Assembly: GCA_003427395.1 (NCBI GenBank)
Contig: BFEA01000029.1
Coordinates: 767,577-831,576 of the forward strand
From: Chara braunii
Lineage: Eukaryota; Plantae; Charophyceae
DNA length: 64,000 bases
Reading direction: 5' to 3'
Shown here: in pieces, positions 63,366-64,000 of the stretch
How the letters are laid out: every line of letters begins with the position of its first letter
Numbering within the stretch: the stretch's first letter is position 1
Notes under the pieces: model-generated
What the model was told of the DNA's origin: nothing
Database searches by the model: none
The model's input: the letters and a program-made list of their open reading frames with translations, nothing else
Program-made: the position numbers and the translations under genes

Positions 63366-64000
63366 TCTAAGGTGGGGGGGAAGGTTTAAGGCCTATGGGG
63401 CCTGGTAAGGGAGCAAAGGAGGGGGGTGGCGGGGGGGGCGGGGGGGGTTTATAAAATGTACATGGGTGTCGGAAGGTGGCGGTGGGGAGGAGGAAGAAAA
63501 AGACTCCGGACACAACATCCACCCCCCGGGTCCCCCATACGTTTCATGTTTTTCACACCTCTGTGATTCGAGGAAGCTAAGGGGTTATAATATCCAAGGT
63601 GCGGGCGTGCTAAGGTGGAAGGGGTTATGATATATTGTTTTTTGTCTACAAGTTACCATTCAACAACCATAAAAGCATTGCCACATGACATTGTCGAAGG
63701 TCAATTGCAAGGCGCCCAACATCCATAGCAAAGAAAAAAGCCTTGCAACATAGCCGTACGGAGGCATTAACGGACAAAGAAGATGAAAGTAAGTAAGAAC
63801 ATGCTTGCAACCACCTTAAGTTGATGAACAGGGTTAAGAGTATGAGCAAACAAAAATTCTTACATTTGCAATACATGAGAAGCAAAGTGCACACATAGTT
63901 TGGACATCCACACATGCATCAGCACATGACAAGCACAATGACACTCTTTCCACGATTTGTACGTGAACAAAAGTCAATAATTAAACCTTAAAAAAAAAAA

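Noticed and set aside
63652-63788. Exon candidate ending at GTAAGT
   Set aside because: Stops in all three frames

Overview
Repeat-dominated eukaryotic DNA; the element mix resembles a charophyte alga such as Chara (inference, not tested). Almost all of it is decayed, nested transposons: six L1/Tx1-type LINE copies (two full or near full length), a DIRS/PAT-type element whose tyrosine recombinase is antisense to its RT, and a Penelope-like element. The Penelope-like element has hammerhead-bearing direct repeats, a gag-like CCHC/coiled-coil/SAP upstream ORF, and a GIY-YIG+RT region in the same frame behind a TGA. There is also a ~4.3-kb solo LTR, tRNA-headed SINE-like elements and many hAT-type MITEs with 8-bp TSDs. 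Host gene content is small: exon 1 of an intron-containing DUF4332-like HhH gene (- strand, 20469-20621) and a 44-nt candidate exon (+ strand, 28625-28668). Two Nextera mate-pair junction adapters and four N gaps are assembly artefacts. The main leads are the two-ORF Penelope-like element with a possible readthrough stop, a degenerate Nudix-like domain ending two divergent LINE ORF1s, a 24-nt box shared by five LINE 3'UTRs, a TSD-less palindromic element with asymmetric ends, and an internal module shared by MITE families with different termini. All domain calls are by eye.
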